Positions 54,764-64,000 of a stretch of DNA of 64,000 nucleotides are shown piece after piece. A model generated the notes under the pieces. It was not told the DNA's origin. It did not search any database and was given only the letters and a program-made list of their open reading frames with translations. A program made the position numbers and the translations under genes. Where the stretch lies: positions 650,195 through 714,194 of the forward strand of contig CAYITG010000001.1 of the NCBI GenBank assembly GCA_964366415.1, read 5' to 3'. This DNA is from Candidatus Woesearchaeota archaeon (GTDB taxonomy: Archaea; Nanobdellota; Nanobdellia; SCGC-AAA011-G17; UBA489). The number at the start of each line of letters is the position of its first letter. The stretch's first letter is position 1.

Positions 54764-56884
54764 ATGAAACAGGTTTTCCGCGATCGACGGGGTAAAGTCA
54801 AAATTGAGGATCTTCCACCACCCTCATTACAAGAAGGAAGAGTCTTAGTGAAAACACATTATTCACTTATCAGCAGCGGAACTGAAACGCGGTCTCTTCG
54901 CGACTCACAACGCGGAGGCGTTGTTGAACATGCTGTGAAGAAGCGTAAACAAGTACGCGCTTTCCTTGGACATTCTTTACGCGTTGACCCTGCTTATGCA
55001 TATCGTCTCTTTAAGGGAAAAGCCCATGAGCTAGCAACGTTAGGTTATAGTTGTGTAGGAGAAGTTATTGACAAGGATCCTGCTCTGAGCGATATCAACA
55101 AAGGCGATCTTGTTGTGTGTGGCGGATACGAATATGCACACCATGCCGATATTGTTTCTGTTCCACGTAATCTTGTCTATCCTGTCCCTGCTGGTGTTGA
55201 TCTTAAAGAAGCTACATTTTCTCCTCTTGGAGGAATAGCACTACATGCCATTCGAAGAGCACAACTTTCTCTCGGTGAAAGCGTGCTTGTTGTAGGGCTG
55301 GGATTAATCGGACAATTGGCAATCCAACTTTTGCGCCTGCAGGGATGCACTGTAGTAGGCATTGATCCTTCTGCAGCGAAAACAAAAATCTCTCATGCTT
55401 TTGGGGCTAAAACCTACACTGCAAAAAAAGATTTTGCATCTTCTGTTCTTGCCTTGAATGGTGGACCTTTCGATGTTGCTCTTTTGTGCACGAAGATTGA
55501 TGATCCTGCGAACCTTGATGAAATTATTGATGTTGTTCGCAACAAAGGAAAGCTTGTTGCAATAGGAGACTTATTAGTGCCTTACCCTTTCTCGAAACTT
55601 GTGAGAAAAGAAATTGACATTTTAGTTTCTCGCTCCCATGGTCCTGGACGTTTTGACAAAGAATATGAAGAAAAAGGCAAAATTTATCCTCTTGAACATG
55701 TACGCTGGACAAGCGATAGAAACATCAATGAGATCCTTCATTTACTTAAAGAAAAGAAACTTTCTGTTCGTGAACTTATCAGCGCAGAGTTTGATATGAC
55801 TCAAGCAGAAAAAGCATATTCTTTGTTGATGAAACGACCAGATACTATTGGTGTTGTGCTTGCTTATGAAAAGAATAATCCTACACAAACAATGTATCCC
55901 GTCCTTCCGATCACTAAGAAGAAAGGAACTTTGGGCGTTGCTTTGGCTGGATTGGGTGCACATGCTCAAACTGTTTTATTACCTTATATTATGAAAGAAC
56001 CATCATTTTCTCTTCAGAATGTTGTGAGCTCAAATGGGCTCAGAGCTAAACAACTTGCCACTCTTTTCAAGGCGCGATCTTGCACTACTCGTTTTGCAGA
56101 TGCACTCACTGATCCAGAAGTTGACCTTGTTTTTATTTCCACGAAGAACAAACAACATGCAGAGATGACTGTTCAAGCTGCTGAAGCTGGAAAACATATT
56201 TATCTAGAAAAACCTATGGCCCTTACTGAAGAAGAATGCGAACGTATTGTCGATGCCGTGAAGAAACACAACATCATTTTTACTCTTGGGTTGAGTAGGC
56301 GCTTCGCTCCTCTTGTTGAAAAAGCAAAATCTTTGATGCTAGAACATCAACCTGCTGCTATTAATTATCATCTTGTTGAACAGAAGAAACAGGAAAAAGA
56401 GTGGGTTGATGAAGAGGGAGGGAGAATTGTTTACATGTTTTGCCATCTTATTGATGTAGCAACCTATCTTCTTGGCAGTGAACCAACTTCTATTTATGCA
56501 ACACGGGGACAGACCCAAGATAGTGTTGTTGCTCTTGTGACTTATGAGAATGGTTCTCTTTTAAATATTTTTTATCATATCTCTGCAGCACCATTTCATA
56601 AAGAACACATCGAGATTCATCAGGGAGACACTTCTCTTTTTATTACTGATTTTAAAGATCTTCTCATTCATGCTGGAAACAAGCAACACTCTTTATCTCT
56701 TAAACAGGCTGATAAAGGGCATACCAACCAACTCCGTGAGTTTGCTAAAGTATTGCAAGGTCAACCTGCTCCTCTTGTTACTCTGAACGACGCTGTCCGC
56801 GCAACTCTTTTCCCTTTTTATGTGATCAAAAGCCTTCATACAGGTAAGCTAGTTTCTTTTGATTGGAAACAATTTTTGAAGTGA
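54764..56884 (+). CDS. bi-domain oxidoreductase (N-terminal MDR/zinc-dehydrogenase-like plus C-terminal Gfo/Idh/MocA-like)
   Basis: The N-terminus has SLISSGTETRSL and a Rossmann motif VLVVGLGLIGQLAIQLL. The C-terminal half has LGVALAGLGAHAQTVLLPYI and ...DLVFISTKNKQHAEM. Confidence 0.7.
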   Translation: MKQVFRDRRGKVKIEDLPPPSLQEGRVLVKTHYSLISSGTETRSLRDSQRGGVVEHAVKKRKQVRAFLGHSLRVDPAYAYRLFKGKAHELATLGYSCVGEVIDKDPALSDINKGDLVVCGGYEYAHHADIVSVPRNLVYPVPAGVDLKEATFSPLGGIALHAIRRAQLSLGESVLVVGLGLIGQLAIQLLRLQGCTVVGIDPSAAKTKISHAFGAKTYTAKKDFASSVLALNGGPFDVALLCTKIDDPANLDEIIDVVRNKGKLVAIGDLLVPYPFSKLVRKEIDILVSRSHGPGRFDKEYEEKGKIYPLEHVRWTSDRNINEILHLLKEKKLSVRELISAEFDMTQAEKAYSLLMKRPDTIGVVLAYEKNNPTQTMYPVLPITKKKGTLGVALAGLGAHAQTVLLPYIMKEPSFSLQNVVSSNGLRAKQLATLFKARSCTTRFADALTDPEVDLVFISTKNKQHAEMTVQAAEAGKHIYLEKPMALTEEECERIVDAVKKHNIIFTLGLSRRFAPLVEKAKSLMLEHQPAAINYHLVEQKKQEKEWVDEEGGRIVYMFCHLIDVATYLLGSEPTSIYATRGQTQDSVVALVTYENGSLLNIFYHISAAPFHKEHIEIHQGDTSLFITDFKDLLIHAGNKQHSLSLKQADKGHTNQLREFAKVLQGQPAPLVTLNDAVRATLFPFYVIKSLHTGKLVSFDWKQFLK

Positions 56885-57942
56885 TGAATATGCATGAAAC
56901 ACTCCTTGAACGAATGAAGCATGGACTCTTAGCTTTACGACAAGAAGATGGATCTTATCGTGATGGTTCTTTAGTAGACATTAGGCCAACTGCCGAGATT
57001 GTACATGGATTATTGCGTCTTCATATAGAGGAAGGAGTGGAGCAATCTTTACGTTGGCTTTTGAGCAAACAGCACTATAATGGAAGCTGGGGCGAAGAAA
57101 TGCATCATGCAACCATACGCGAGAACACACTTGCGACAGCCGTGATTGGTGAAACTCTCCTTGCCGCGCATCGTCGTTTTCATGATAAACGATATGCCGA
57201 CGCAGCACGTAAAAGTTTTACTTTCCTTCTTTCCCAAGAAATGCAACCCGGCTCTTTTGCTAAAATACCGGAGCACAAAGAAGATATTTTGAATGTTGAT
57301 GCGGCTTGCGCTTCTTTTTTCCATGCTTTTTATCTTATCTTCAAAGAACAGCGCGCTGCTGATGCTCGCGACCGCATTTTGCGCCACCTCGAAAAAAGTC
57401 AATTAGAAGATGGCGCTTATCCCTATAGCGTTGTTGAAAAAGATTCTCCACAACAGATTCCTTTGCGAGATCCCTATTATCATGCTTTGACACTTTTTTT
57501 TATTATGAGAACACAGCAATATCCGTCGCTCTCTGTTTCGATACGTCGCGCCTTTGCGTGGCTTGATGCTCAACTTTATCGTGGGCGGTTCAGATGGGAT
57601 AATTCTGATGTTCTCTTTTCTTTGGGCAGTACGCCTGCTTATGCTTTTAGTGCTGCTTGTTTTCATGCTGCCAAGCTCTCTTCTTTACCTCTTACTTTGT
57701 CAAGGCTACATGTACTTCAACGACGCGATGGACTTTTTGACCCTTTCGAGCATGTCGGTTCTTGGCAATCTCTTCAGGGATTATATCGTGAAATTACTGG
57801 ACAATTACCTTTAGCTGCCAAGATGCAGCACATAAAAGAACGATGCAAGAGAATTGTGAAATCTCGTTCTTCTCACCCTGACCTTTTTTATCACTCTCAA
57901 ATTTTTTATGCTCTTAGCACATTACAAGGAGAACTCTTATGA
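56884..57942 (+). CDS. prenyltransferase/squalene-oxidase repeat (alpha/alpha-toroid) protein
   Basis: It has QxxDGS(W/Y) repeats: QEDGSYRD, QHYNGSWGEE, QLEDGAYPY and RRDGLFDP. The start was set at the ATG that overlaps the upstream stop (TGATG). Confidence 0.5.
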   Translation: MNMHETLLERMKHGLLALRQEDGSYRDGSLVDIRPTAEIVHGLLRLHIEEGVEQSLRWLLSKQHYNGSWGEEMHHATIRENTLATAVIGETLLAAHRRFHDKRYADAARKSFTFLLSQEMQPGSFAKIPEHKEDILNVDAACASFFHAFYLIFKEQRAADARDRILRHLEKSQLEDGAYPYSVVEKDSPQQIPLRDPYYHALTLFFIMRTQQYPSLSVSIRRAFAWLDAQLYRGRFRWDNSDVLFSLGSTPAYAFSAACFHAAKLSSLPLTLSRLHVLQRRDGLFDPFEHVGSWQSLQGLYREITGQLPLAAKMQHIKERCKRIVKSRSSHPDLFYHSQIFYALSTLQGELL

Positions 57943-59108
57943 ACATTCTTCTTCTTTCTACATCGTATTTTCCAGAGCATAATGGAGCATCATTAAGAGT
58001 TGAAGGATTATGCAAAGGGTTGAAAGCTTTGGGACATCATGTTGTTGTGATGGCACCGGGACCTTCCTTCATGAAGGAACATTTTGCCCATTGTGTTGTC
58101 TATCGTATTCCTCTTCATCGACATTTATTCTCTGCGATCTTTGAGAGTTTTACTAAGTTTCATATTTCGCGCTATTTTGCTTTTAAACATTATCTTCCTC
58201 GCATTATCATGGATGAGCATATCGAAATTATCCACACCAGACAACCTCTTGATTTATTTGCTCTTGGTTCTTATGTAAAGAAACATTTTGGACTTCGTTG
58301 GATCACAGAAGCACACAAATTCCTTAGCAGAACAGAGTATGACACCGGTCAACGTTCTTTTCTTTCCTATAAATTCCTCCTTTTTTTTGAAAAATTCTTT
58401 TTGAACAAGAGTGATGGCGTTGTTGCTCTTTCTTCATCTGGAAAAGACAGACTTTATCATGAAGGTATTCATGTTCCTCTTGCCGTTGTTGAAAATGCCT
58501 CGCATCCGCCGCATAAAAAACATCAATGTGTAAAAACAAAGAATCTCGTTTATGCAGGTACCCTTCGTGAGATTGAAGGCCTTGATGTCCTTCTTGATGC
58601 CTTCGCACTCATTCACACATCTTATCCTGATGTTAAGTTATATCTTGTAGGCGGCGGCAAAAAAGACTGGCTTGAAAAAAAGGCTCAACATCTTGGTATT
58701 TCATCTCACGTGATCTTTACTGGAGAAGTTGAACATGAACGCGTTTTTGATTATCTTGCTTCAGCATACCTTTTTGTCTACCCAAGAAAAGATGTTCCTT
58801 ACCATCACGATATTATTGGTCTTAAAATTTATGATGCTTTTGATATACATCTTCCTCTTGTCACGAGTGATGTTGGGGAACTTGGATCGCTTGTTACTAC
58901 GCACCGGCTTGGCCTTGTGTGCAAACCTGAAGATCCTCATGATTTTGCACGACAAGTGGCGAAACTTCTTGATGATAGGAAACTTTATGCTTCTCTTGTC
59001 TCTCATTTGAAACACTATCAACAGCGACATACTTGGAAATCTGTCTGTTCCCATCTTCTTCCTTTATATCCGCGCCATACTACTATGAGAACACCTAAGA
59101 ACCTTTAA
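57939..59108 (+). CDS. GT4 glycosyltransferase
   Basis: It has an N-terminal MNILLLSTSYFPEHNGASLRVEG and a C-terminal GT4-like block. Confidence 0.65.
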   Translation: MNILLLSTSYFPEHNGASLRVEGLCKGLKALGHHVVVMAPGPSFMKEHFAHCVVYRIPLHRHLFSAIFESFTKFHISRYFAFKHYLPRIIMDEHIEIIHTRQPLDLFALGSYVKKHFGLRWITEAHKFLSRTEYDTGQRSFLSYKFLLFFEKFFLNKSDGVVALSSSGKDRLYHEGIHVPLAVVENASHPPHKKHQCVKTKNLVYAGTLREIEGLDVLLDAFALIHTSYPDVKLYLVGGGKKDWLEKKAQHLGISSHVIFTGEVEHERVFDYLASAYLFVYPRKDVPYHHDIIGLKIYDAFDIHLPLVTSDVGELGSLVTTHRLGLVCKPEDPHDFARQVAKLLDDRKLYASLVSHLKHYQQRHTWKSVCSHLLPLYPRHTTMRTPKNL

Positions 59109-59134
59109 ATAGGATTTCTTGTTTTTAGTCATCT

Positions 59135-60178
59135 ATGAAACAAATAGTCAGAGTAGGAAATGCCATTGCTATTCGCGATGTACCCATTCCTCACGCTTCG
59201 CCAGGATTTATTGTAGTACGAAATTCCTATTCTTTAATCAGTACTGGTACAGAAACGAGATCTTTACGAAACTCTTCTGCTTTAGTTAAAGGCATCACAA
59301 CCATATCCAGAAAGATTTTTGCACCTCAGAAAGCATATGCTAATCTTGGATACACCTGTGCAGGTGTCATAGAAGAGATTGGAGAGGGCGTACATGGATT
59401 TGCTCTTGGTGATCGTGTTTTGTGTGTTGGCTTTGATTATGCAGTTCATGCCGAAATTGTAAAAGTCCCTGCTCCTTTAGTTTTCCATCTTCCGCAGACT
59501 ATTTCTTTTACTCATGCTCCTTTTGCTGCCCTAGGAAGTGTGGCGCTACATGCTCTTCGCAGAAGCAATATCGCTTTTGGTGAAAAAGCCCTCGTGATAG
59601 GATTGGGACTTACTGGACAACTCTTAGTCAGACTTTTACTGCTTAATGGCTGCTCTGTTATTGGTGTTGATCCTAATGATTATAAGATTACATTAGCGCA
59701 AAAAGCTGGCGGAGAGTATATTAAAGGAAAACGTGACTTTGCTCAAACTGTTCTGGATAAAACAGGACATGGTGTTGATGTTGCTTTTGTGTGCACCGAT
59801 ATGCACGACAACGAAAATCTTGAGGAAATTATGACTACGATACGTGATAGAGGAAAACTTGTTGCTGTAGCTAACATCACTTGTTCTTTGCCCTTCCCAC
59901 TTTTTTTTCGTAAGGAACTTGACCTTATTGTATCGCGATCCTTTGGCCCTGGACGTTTTGACAAAGAATATGAGGAAAAAGGCATTGATTATCCTTTAGG
60001 ATATGTGAGATGGACTGAACGGAGAAACATCGAAGAAGTTCTTCGTCTTCTTGGCGAGCAGAAACTTGTTGTTGATCCTTTGATCAGTGCAGAGTATCCT
60101 ATCCAACATGCTCAACAAGCATATCATTCCCTGCTTGGAAGAACTAGGCCCGTGGCGCTATTATTAAAATATTCTTAG
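59135..60178 (+). CDS. MDR (zinc-binding alcohol dehydrogenase-like) oxidoreductase, paralog of the N-terminal half of 54764..56884
   Basis: The N-terminus SYSLISTGTETRSL and the Rossmann motif LVIGLGLTGQLLVRLL are shared with the bi-domain enzyme. The C-terminus has RSFGPGRFDKEYEEKG, as in its paralog. Confidence 0.7.
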   Translation: MKQIVRVGNAIAIRDVPIPHASPGFIVVRNSYSLISTGTETRSLRNSSALVKGITTISRKIFAPQKAYANLGYTCAGVIEEIGEGVHGFALGDRVLCVGFDYAVHAEIVKVPAPLVFHLPQTISFTHAPFAALGSVALHALRRSNIAFGEKALVIGLGLTGQLLVRLLLLNGCSVIGVDPNDYKITLAQKAGGEYIKGKRDFAQTVLDKTGHGVDVAFVCTDMHDNENLEEIMTTIRDRGKLVAVANITCSLPFPLFFRKELDLIVSRSFGPGRFDKEYEEKGIDYPLGYVRWTERRNIEEVLRLLGEQKLVVDPLISAEYPIQHAQQAYHSLLGRTRPVALLLKYS

Positions 60179-61791
60179 CTGCTTTCTATAAGGCTTTTTA
60201 TGTTTGGCACTGTCTGTATTGTTTCTGGAGATTTTTCGATTGCTTCTTCGTGAATATGACCATCATGTGCTTTGAGTTTGATCATTGTTTTTCTGTAAAG
60301 ACGAAGACCATGGTTCTTTGCAAGACGCGTCATGAAAAATGGAAGTAATGATAATCCTTTCAGCTTCTTCGTTGCGCTTGATGAGAGTTTCCATCCTTTG
60401 TTTAATTCTTCAAGAAACATTTTCAAATCTTTCTTCGATTTAATAGTGAAATGGTAAGGAGTATAATCATTTTTGAACAGATAAAAATAATCCCCCTTAT
60501 CTTGAAGATCAAATAATCTTCCTAATGCAAACCTCATGATAAATCTACGCGAGTATTCTCGCATATCTTTCTCTGGGAGATTGCTGTTTTGGAATCTTGG
60601 CACAGGAAAGCCGCTAAAGTTACGCTTATCTGCCTGCGCCCATGAGAAATCTTTTGGGATATACCCTTGAAGGATTGCCATATCGTACAGTGCTGTGCCA
60701 GGTATAGCATCGGTGAGCGTGAATGTGACTGCATCTCCTCGTAACTGGAAAGCCAGATCAAATGTTTCTTGAAGTGTTTCTTTAGTTTCACCAGGATGTC
60801 CAATCATAAAAAAGGTTCCTACTCCTATGCCTGCTTCTTTTGCCAATTTAATGGCATTAATCACCATAGATTTCACAATGCCTTTGCTGATAGTTTTCAT
60901 GAGCCCCTCATTTCCTGTTTCTATTCCAAATTCAATCAGCCTGCATCCTGTGCGTTTCATGATGGCAAGGATATCTTTGTCTACCAGATTAACACGAGTA
61001 AGGCATTCCCATTCGACGTTAAGTTTTCTCCTTTCCATCTCCAACATCACTGCCTTTGCCCATTCTTTGTCTGCCGTGAAGACGTCATCTTTCATGTGAA
61101 TTACTTTTTTTCCATACCTTGTGACCAACAATTCTATCTCGTCAACTACTTTTATCGGATCTCGCGTGCGTAATTTTCTTTTCCAAAATTGAGGTGATCC
61201 ACAGAAATTACAGCTATATGGGCATCCTCTTGTCCCCATGATTCCATAATATCTATATTGTGCTGTTGGAAAGAGATCATATGCTGGCATAGGGATATTT
61301 GTAATATCCATGAATTCACGATCTGGATTGCACACGATATTTCCTTTCTTGTCTCTATATGACACTCCTTTCACATTGTTTAGACTTTTTCCCTTTTCAA
61401 ATTGCCCTATAATTTCGGCCATTGTTTCTTCTGCTTCTCCTCGTACAATGAGATCAATCCAGGGAATATGCTGCAATGTGTCCTTATCCATGAATGTTGT
61501 GTGCTGGCCTCCAAAAATTACATATGCGCCGGTTTCTTTTGCCATCTTAGCGAGGTCAAATCCATCAAAACGGTTGTAACTGAACGCAGAAATGCACACT
61601 ATATCTGGCTTTTTTGCTTTTAATGCGTTTTCTGCTTCTTGTTTGGTTAATTTCAATACGTCTAAATCAAACACTTCTTGCTCAATATCCGGATAGCGCT
61701 CTTTCAAATAACTTGCAATAAACCCTATCCCCAAAGGTGGTTCATACATTTCTCCTGAAAGGAACGGACGCATATAGATAACTTTCATCAT
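60175..61791 (-). CDS. B12-binding domain radical SAM protein
   Basis: An N-terminal B12-binding-like domain is followed by GCPYSCNFCGS (Cx3Cx2C). Confidence 0.8.
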   Translation of the reverse strand: MMKVIYMRPFLSGEMYEPPLGIGFIASYLKERYPDIEQEVFDLDVLKLTKQEAENALKAKKPDIVCISAFSYNRFDGFDLAKMAKETGAYVIFGGQHTTFMDKDTLQHIPWIDLIVRGEAEETMAEIIGQFEKGKSLNNVKGVSYRDKKGNIVCNPDREFMDITNIPMPAYDLFPTAQYRYYGIMGTRGCPYSCNFCGSPQFWKRKLRTRDPIKVVDEIELLVTRYGKKVIHMKDDVFTADKEWAKAVMLEMERRKLNVEWECLTRVNLVDKDILAIMKRTGCRLIEFGIETGNEGLMKTISKGIVKSMVINAIKLAKEAGIGVGTFFMIGHPGETKETLQETFDLAFQLRGDAVTFTLTDAIPGTALYDMAILQGYIPKDFSWAQADKRNFSGFPVPRFQNSNLPEKDMREYSRRFIMRFALGRLFDLQDKGDYFYLFKNDYTPYHFTIKSKKDLKMFLEELNKGWKLSSSATKKLKGLSLLPFFMTRLAKNHGLRLYRKTMIKLKAHDGHIHEEAIEKSPETIQTVPNIKSLIESS

Positions 61792-61861
61792 AGTAACTTG
61801 CTATTAACCTCTTTTATATCTTTTCCTTTTATGGCTTTTTTGGGAAAATGTTTAAAAGCTT

Positions 61862-63070
61862 ATGCCTAAAAGAAGAGATATGCGCGTCTGTATCCTTACT
61901 ACATCGTTTCCCGCACATAAGGACGATATTCGAAGTCCCTTCATTTTAGAATTATGCAAGGCTCTGAGACAGCACGATGTCGGGGTAGATGTTATTGCTC
62001 CGCGATATTCCCATTCTTCTTCTGAAGATGTCATTGATGGAATTCACATTCATCGTTTTTCTTATTTTATACCTTCTTCTCTGCAAGTATTAACTGAGGG
62101 AGGAGGCATTCCATCTGCCCTCAAAAGATCGTGGCTAGCAAAATTACAGTTTCCTTTATTTTACCTTTCTTTTTTGATGAAAGCTTTGAGGCACGCCAAA
62201 CAATGTGAGGTCATTCATTGCCAATGGTCTTTCTCTGCGTTGGTTGGTCTTGTGTTAAAAATAGCTTATAGAAAACCCTTAGTGATGACTGAACGTGGAG
62301 CATCAGCACATCTCGCAATGGGAAATTGGTTGATGAGGTATGTTTTGTCTTTTGTAGCAAAACGCTGTGATTTTGTAACGGCGAATAGCATACAACAAGC
62401 CTCCTTGTTTGTTGACTTGGGTGTTCCTCGACATAAGGTAGCTACTATCCTGAATGGAATTGACACCATGCGTTATCGACCTTTACCAAAAACAACAAGC
62501 AGGAATGCATTGAATCTCTTACAAAAAAATAAAATAGTACTTTTTGTTGGCTGGCTTATCGAACGAAAGAACGTCAAATCACTGATTGAAGCCATGAAGA
62601 TTATTACAAAAAAACATAACGATGCCTTTTGCGTTCTTGTTGGTGAAGGAGAGCGGAGACATTCTCTTGAGGCACTGGTAAAAAAGAATAAACTAGAACA
62701 CGTTGTATCTTTTGTTGGAAGCGTGCCGCCAGCAAAAATTCCTTTGTATATGAGTGCTGCTGATGTCTTTGTATTACCTTCTCTTTCTGAGGGAAAGCCT
62801 AATGTGGTTGCTGAAGCAATGGCTTGCGGTGTGCCTGTTGTTGCTACTAATGTCGCTGGAACAAAAGAGATTGTCCATCATGGGAAAAATGGATTGCTTG
62901 TACATGTGAATAATGATGCTGAACTTGCAGCAGCTATCGTGAAAGTACTCTATCATAAAAAACTTGCCAAGACACTTTCTCAACAGGGGTTACGAACCAT
63001 ACAGAATGCTGCACTCACGTGGAAAACCTGCGCTAAGAAATATCTTGATATTTACCAAAAAATTTTGTGA
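61862..63070 (+). CDS. GT4 glycosyltransferase
   Basis: The C-terminus has SEGKPNVVAEAMACGVPVVATNVAGTKEIV. The N-terminus MRVCILTTSFP is typical. Confidence 0.8.
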   Translation: MPKRRDMRVCILTTSFPAHKDDIRSPFILELCKALRQHDVGVDVIAPRYSHSSSEDVIDGIHIHRFSYFIPSSLQVLTEGGGIPSALKRSWLAKLQFPLFYLSFLMKALRHAKQCEVIHCQWSFSALVGLVLKIAYRKPLVMTERGASAHLAMGNWLMRYVLSFVAKRCDFVTANSIQQASLFVDLGVPRHKVATILNGIDTMRYRPLPKTTSRNALNLLQKNKIVLFVGWLIERKNVKSLIEAMKIITKKHNDAFCVLVGEGERRHSLEALVKKNKLEHVVSFVGSVPPAKIPLYMSAADVFVLPSLSEGKPNVVAEAMACGVPVVATNVAGTKEIVHHGKNGLLVHVNNDAELAAAIVKVLYHKKLAKTLSQQGLRTIQNAALTWKTCAKKYLDIYQKIL

Positions 63071-63469
63071 TTATTCTTGAATGTATTCCTGGCCCGTTGC
63101 AAGCGCCATCTCTGCCTTTTTCAGTTCTTTACCTAAATATGCTGCGTGATCAAGCCTGGTGATATATTTTCTTTCATTTAACATGAAATAATAGATCTGT
63201 TGTGCAATTTTTCCACGAAATTCCTCTACAAGCTGATTTTGGTAATTACATATGCCGGCAATAATCTCTTTGCTCTCTCTGTCGATGTCAACTAAGATGT
63301 AGCAACTAGGATCTTGGTGATAATCCCGAATGTGGTCATATTCTGGGCATTGCGTTGATTTAAATTCTGAAACTTTTTTTATACTTTTTGTCCAGCTTTT
63401 TCCTTTTTCTATATTTTTCTTTAGTTCTTCTTCATTTTTATAATTTGGATTTGTCATCTTTGGAGACAT
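63071..63469 (-). CDS. small hypothetical protein
   Basis: ORF of 132 aa with no recognisable motifs. Confidence 0.4.
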   Translation of the reverse strand: MSPKMTNPNYKNEEELKKNIEKGKSWTKSIKKVSEFKSTQCPEYDHIRDYHQDPSCYILVDIDRESKEIIAGICNYQNQLVEEFRGKIAQQIYYFMLNERKYITRLDHAAYLGKELKKAEMALATGQEYIQE

Positions 63470-63575
63470 TTATTTCGCGTTTATAAATTTATAGGCTTGT
63501 TTGCTTCGCTACAATCCCTCTTTGCAAAAAGAATTATCTCGAAACATTCTTAAATCGTTTGAAATTGTTTTGTGT

Positions 63576-64000
63576 ATGGCTTTGATTAAACGTACCATTA
63601 TTCGCGTTGTACAACTTCTTGTTAGTGCTCTCCTCTTTGCCGGTATCATTTTTTACATAGGCCCTTCTGTCATTTATCAAACTCTTACTTCCGTAAACAT
63701 TTTCTATCTTCCCTTCATTTTTTTATTACTCTTACTAAGCATTCTTTTTACTCCTTTTTCTCTTCTCGTTCTCTATAGAAATATAACCTATCCTAACCTT
63801 TCTCTTCGTCGACTCTATAATCTTCGGCTGATGACCTCTTTTTTAGGTCTCTTCACGCCAGGGAGGTTGGGGGACTTTTCTATCTTGCTTTTTCTTAAGA
63901 AACAGTATCATGTTAACATTCTTCCCATTTTTTATATTCTCATGCTTGACAAATCTCTCACTCTCTTACACGCTCTTTTCTTTTCTTTCCTTGGTTTTAT
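63576..64000 (+). CDS. flippase-like/UPF0104 (LPG-synthase TM domain-like) membrane protein, 3' end cut by the window edge
   Basis: It begins MALIKRTIIRVVQLLVSALLFAGIIFYIGPS and contains PGRLGDFS. The frame has no stop before the window end. Confidence 0.45.
   Translation, partial: MALIKRTIIRVVQLLVSALLFAGIIFYIGPSVIYQTLTSVNIFYLPFIFLLLLLSILFTPFSLLVLYRNITYPNLSLRRLYNLRLMTSFLGLFTPGRLGDFSILLFLKKQYHVNILPIFYILMLDKSLTLLHALFFSFLGF

Noticed and set aside
1-64000. Search for CRISPR arrays, integrases, transposases and IS inverted repeats
   Set aside because: No regularly spaced repeats, no recombinase or transposase-like ORFs, and no terminal inverted repeats were seen. The large 626-bp repeat is intragenic duplication, not a mobile element.

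Overview
This is a low-GC, gene-dense window that looks archaeal and probably DPANN-like. The evidence is an STT3/AglB oligosaccharyltransferase with a WWDYGYW motif, an MJ0570/Dph6-type PP-loop ATPase (diphthamide pathway), a 142-nt intron-containing tRNA, class III (archaeal type IV pilin-like) signal peptides with Gln at +1, and Shine-Dalgarno-like GGAGG sequences.

Three blocks stand out.
(1) 1-7707: a tightly packed plus-strand operon. It encodes two paralogous giant secreted Cys-rich repeat proteins (one truncated by the window edge) interleaved with five small pilin-like proteins. This is a candidate surface appendage or adhesion system.
(2) 7958-10639: an acidic, sequon-rich, 893-aa surface (S-layer-like) protein with its own putative promoter and terminator.
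(3) 17.4-63 kb: a roughly 46-kb protein-glycosylation island. It is anchored by AglB and an AglH/WecA-like GlcNAc-1-P transferase. It also carries 7 GT2 genes (3 Dol-P-sugar-synthase-like), 3 GT4, 3 GT9 heptosyltransferase-like, 3-4 GT-C membrane glycosyltransferases, 2 MOP flippases, a NodU-type carbamoyltransferase, 3 SAM methyltransferases, four B12-binding radical SAM enzymes, a GalK-like sugar kinase with a sugar-1-P nucleotidyltransferase, oxidoreductases, and two alpha/alpha-toroid (prenyltransferase-repeat-like) proteins.

Two adjacent GT2 genes share a 626-bp block that is 100% identical (gene conversion or very recent duplication).

Between blocks 2 and 3 lie a RimK-like ATP-grasp ligase with its retropepsin-like partner, a VanX-type D-Ala-D-Ala dipeptidase (unexpected in an archaeon), and a SpoIIM-like membrane protein. 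No mobile elements or CRISPR arrays were seen.
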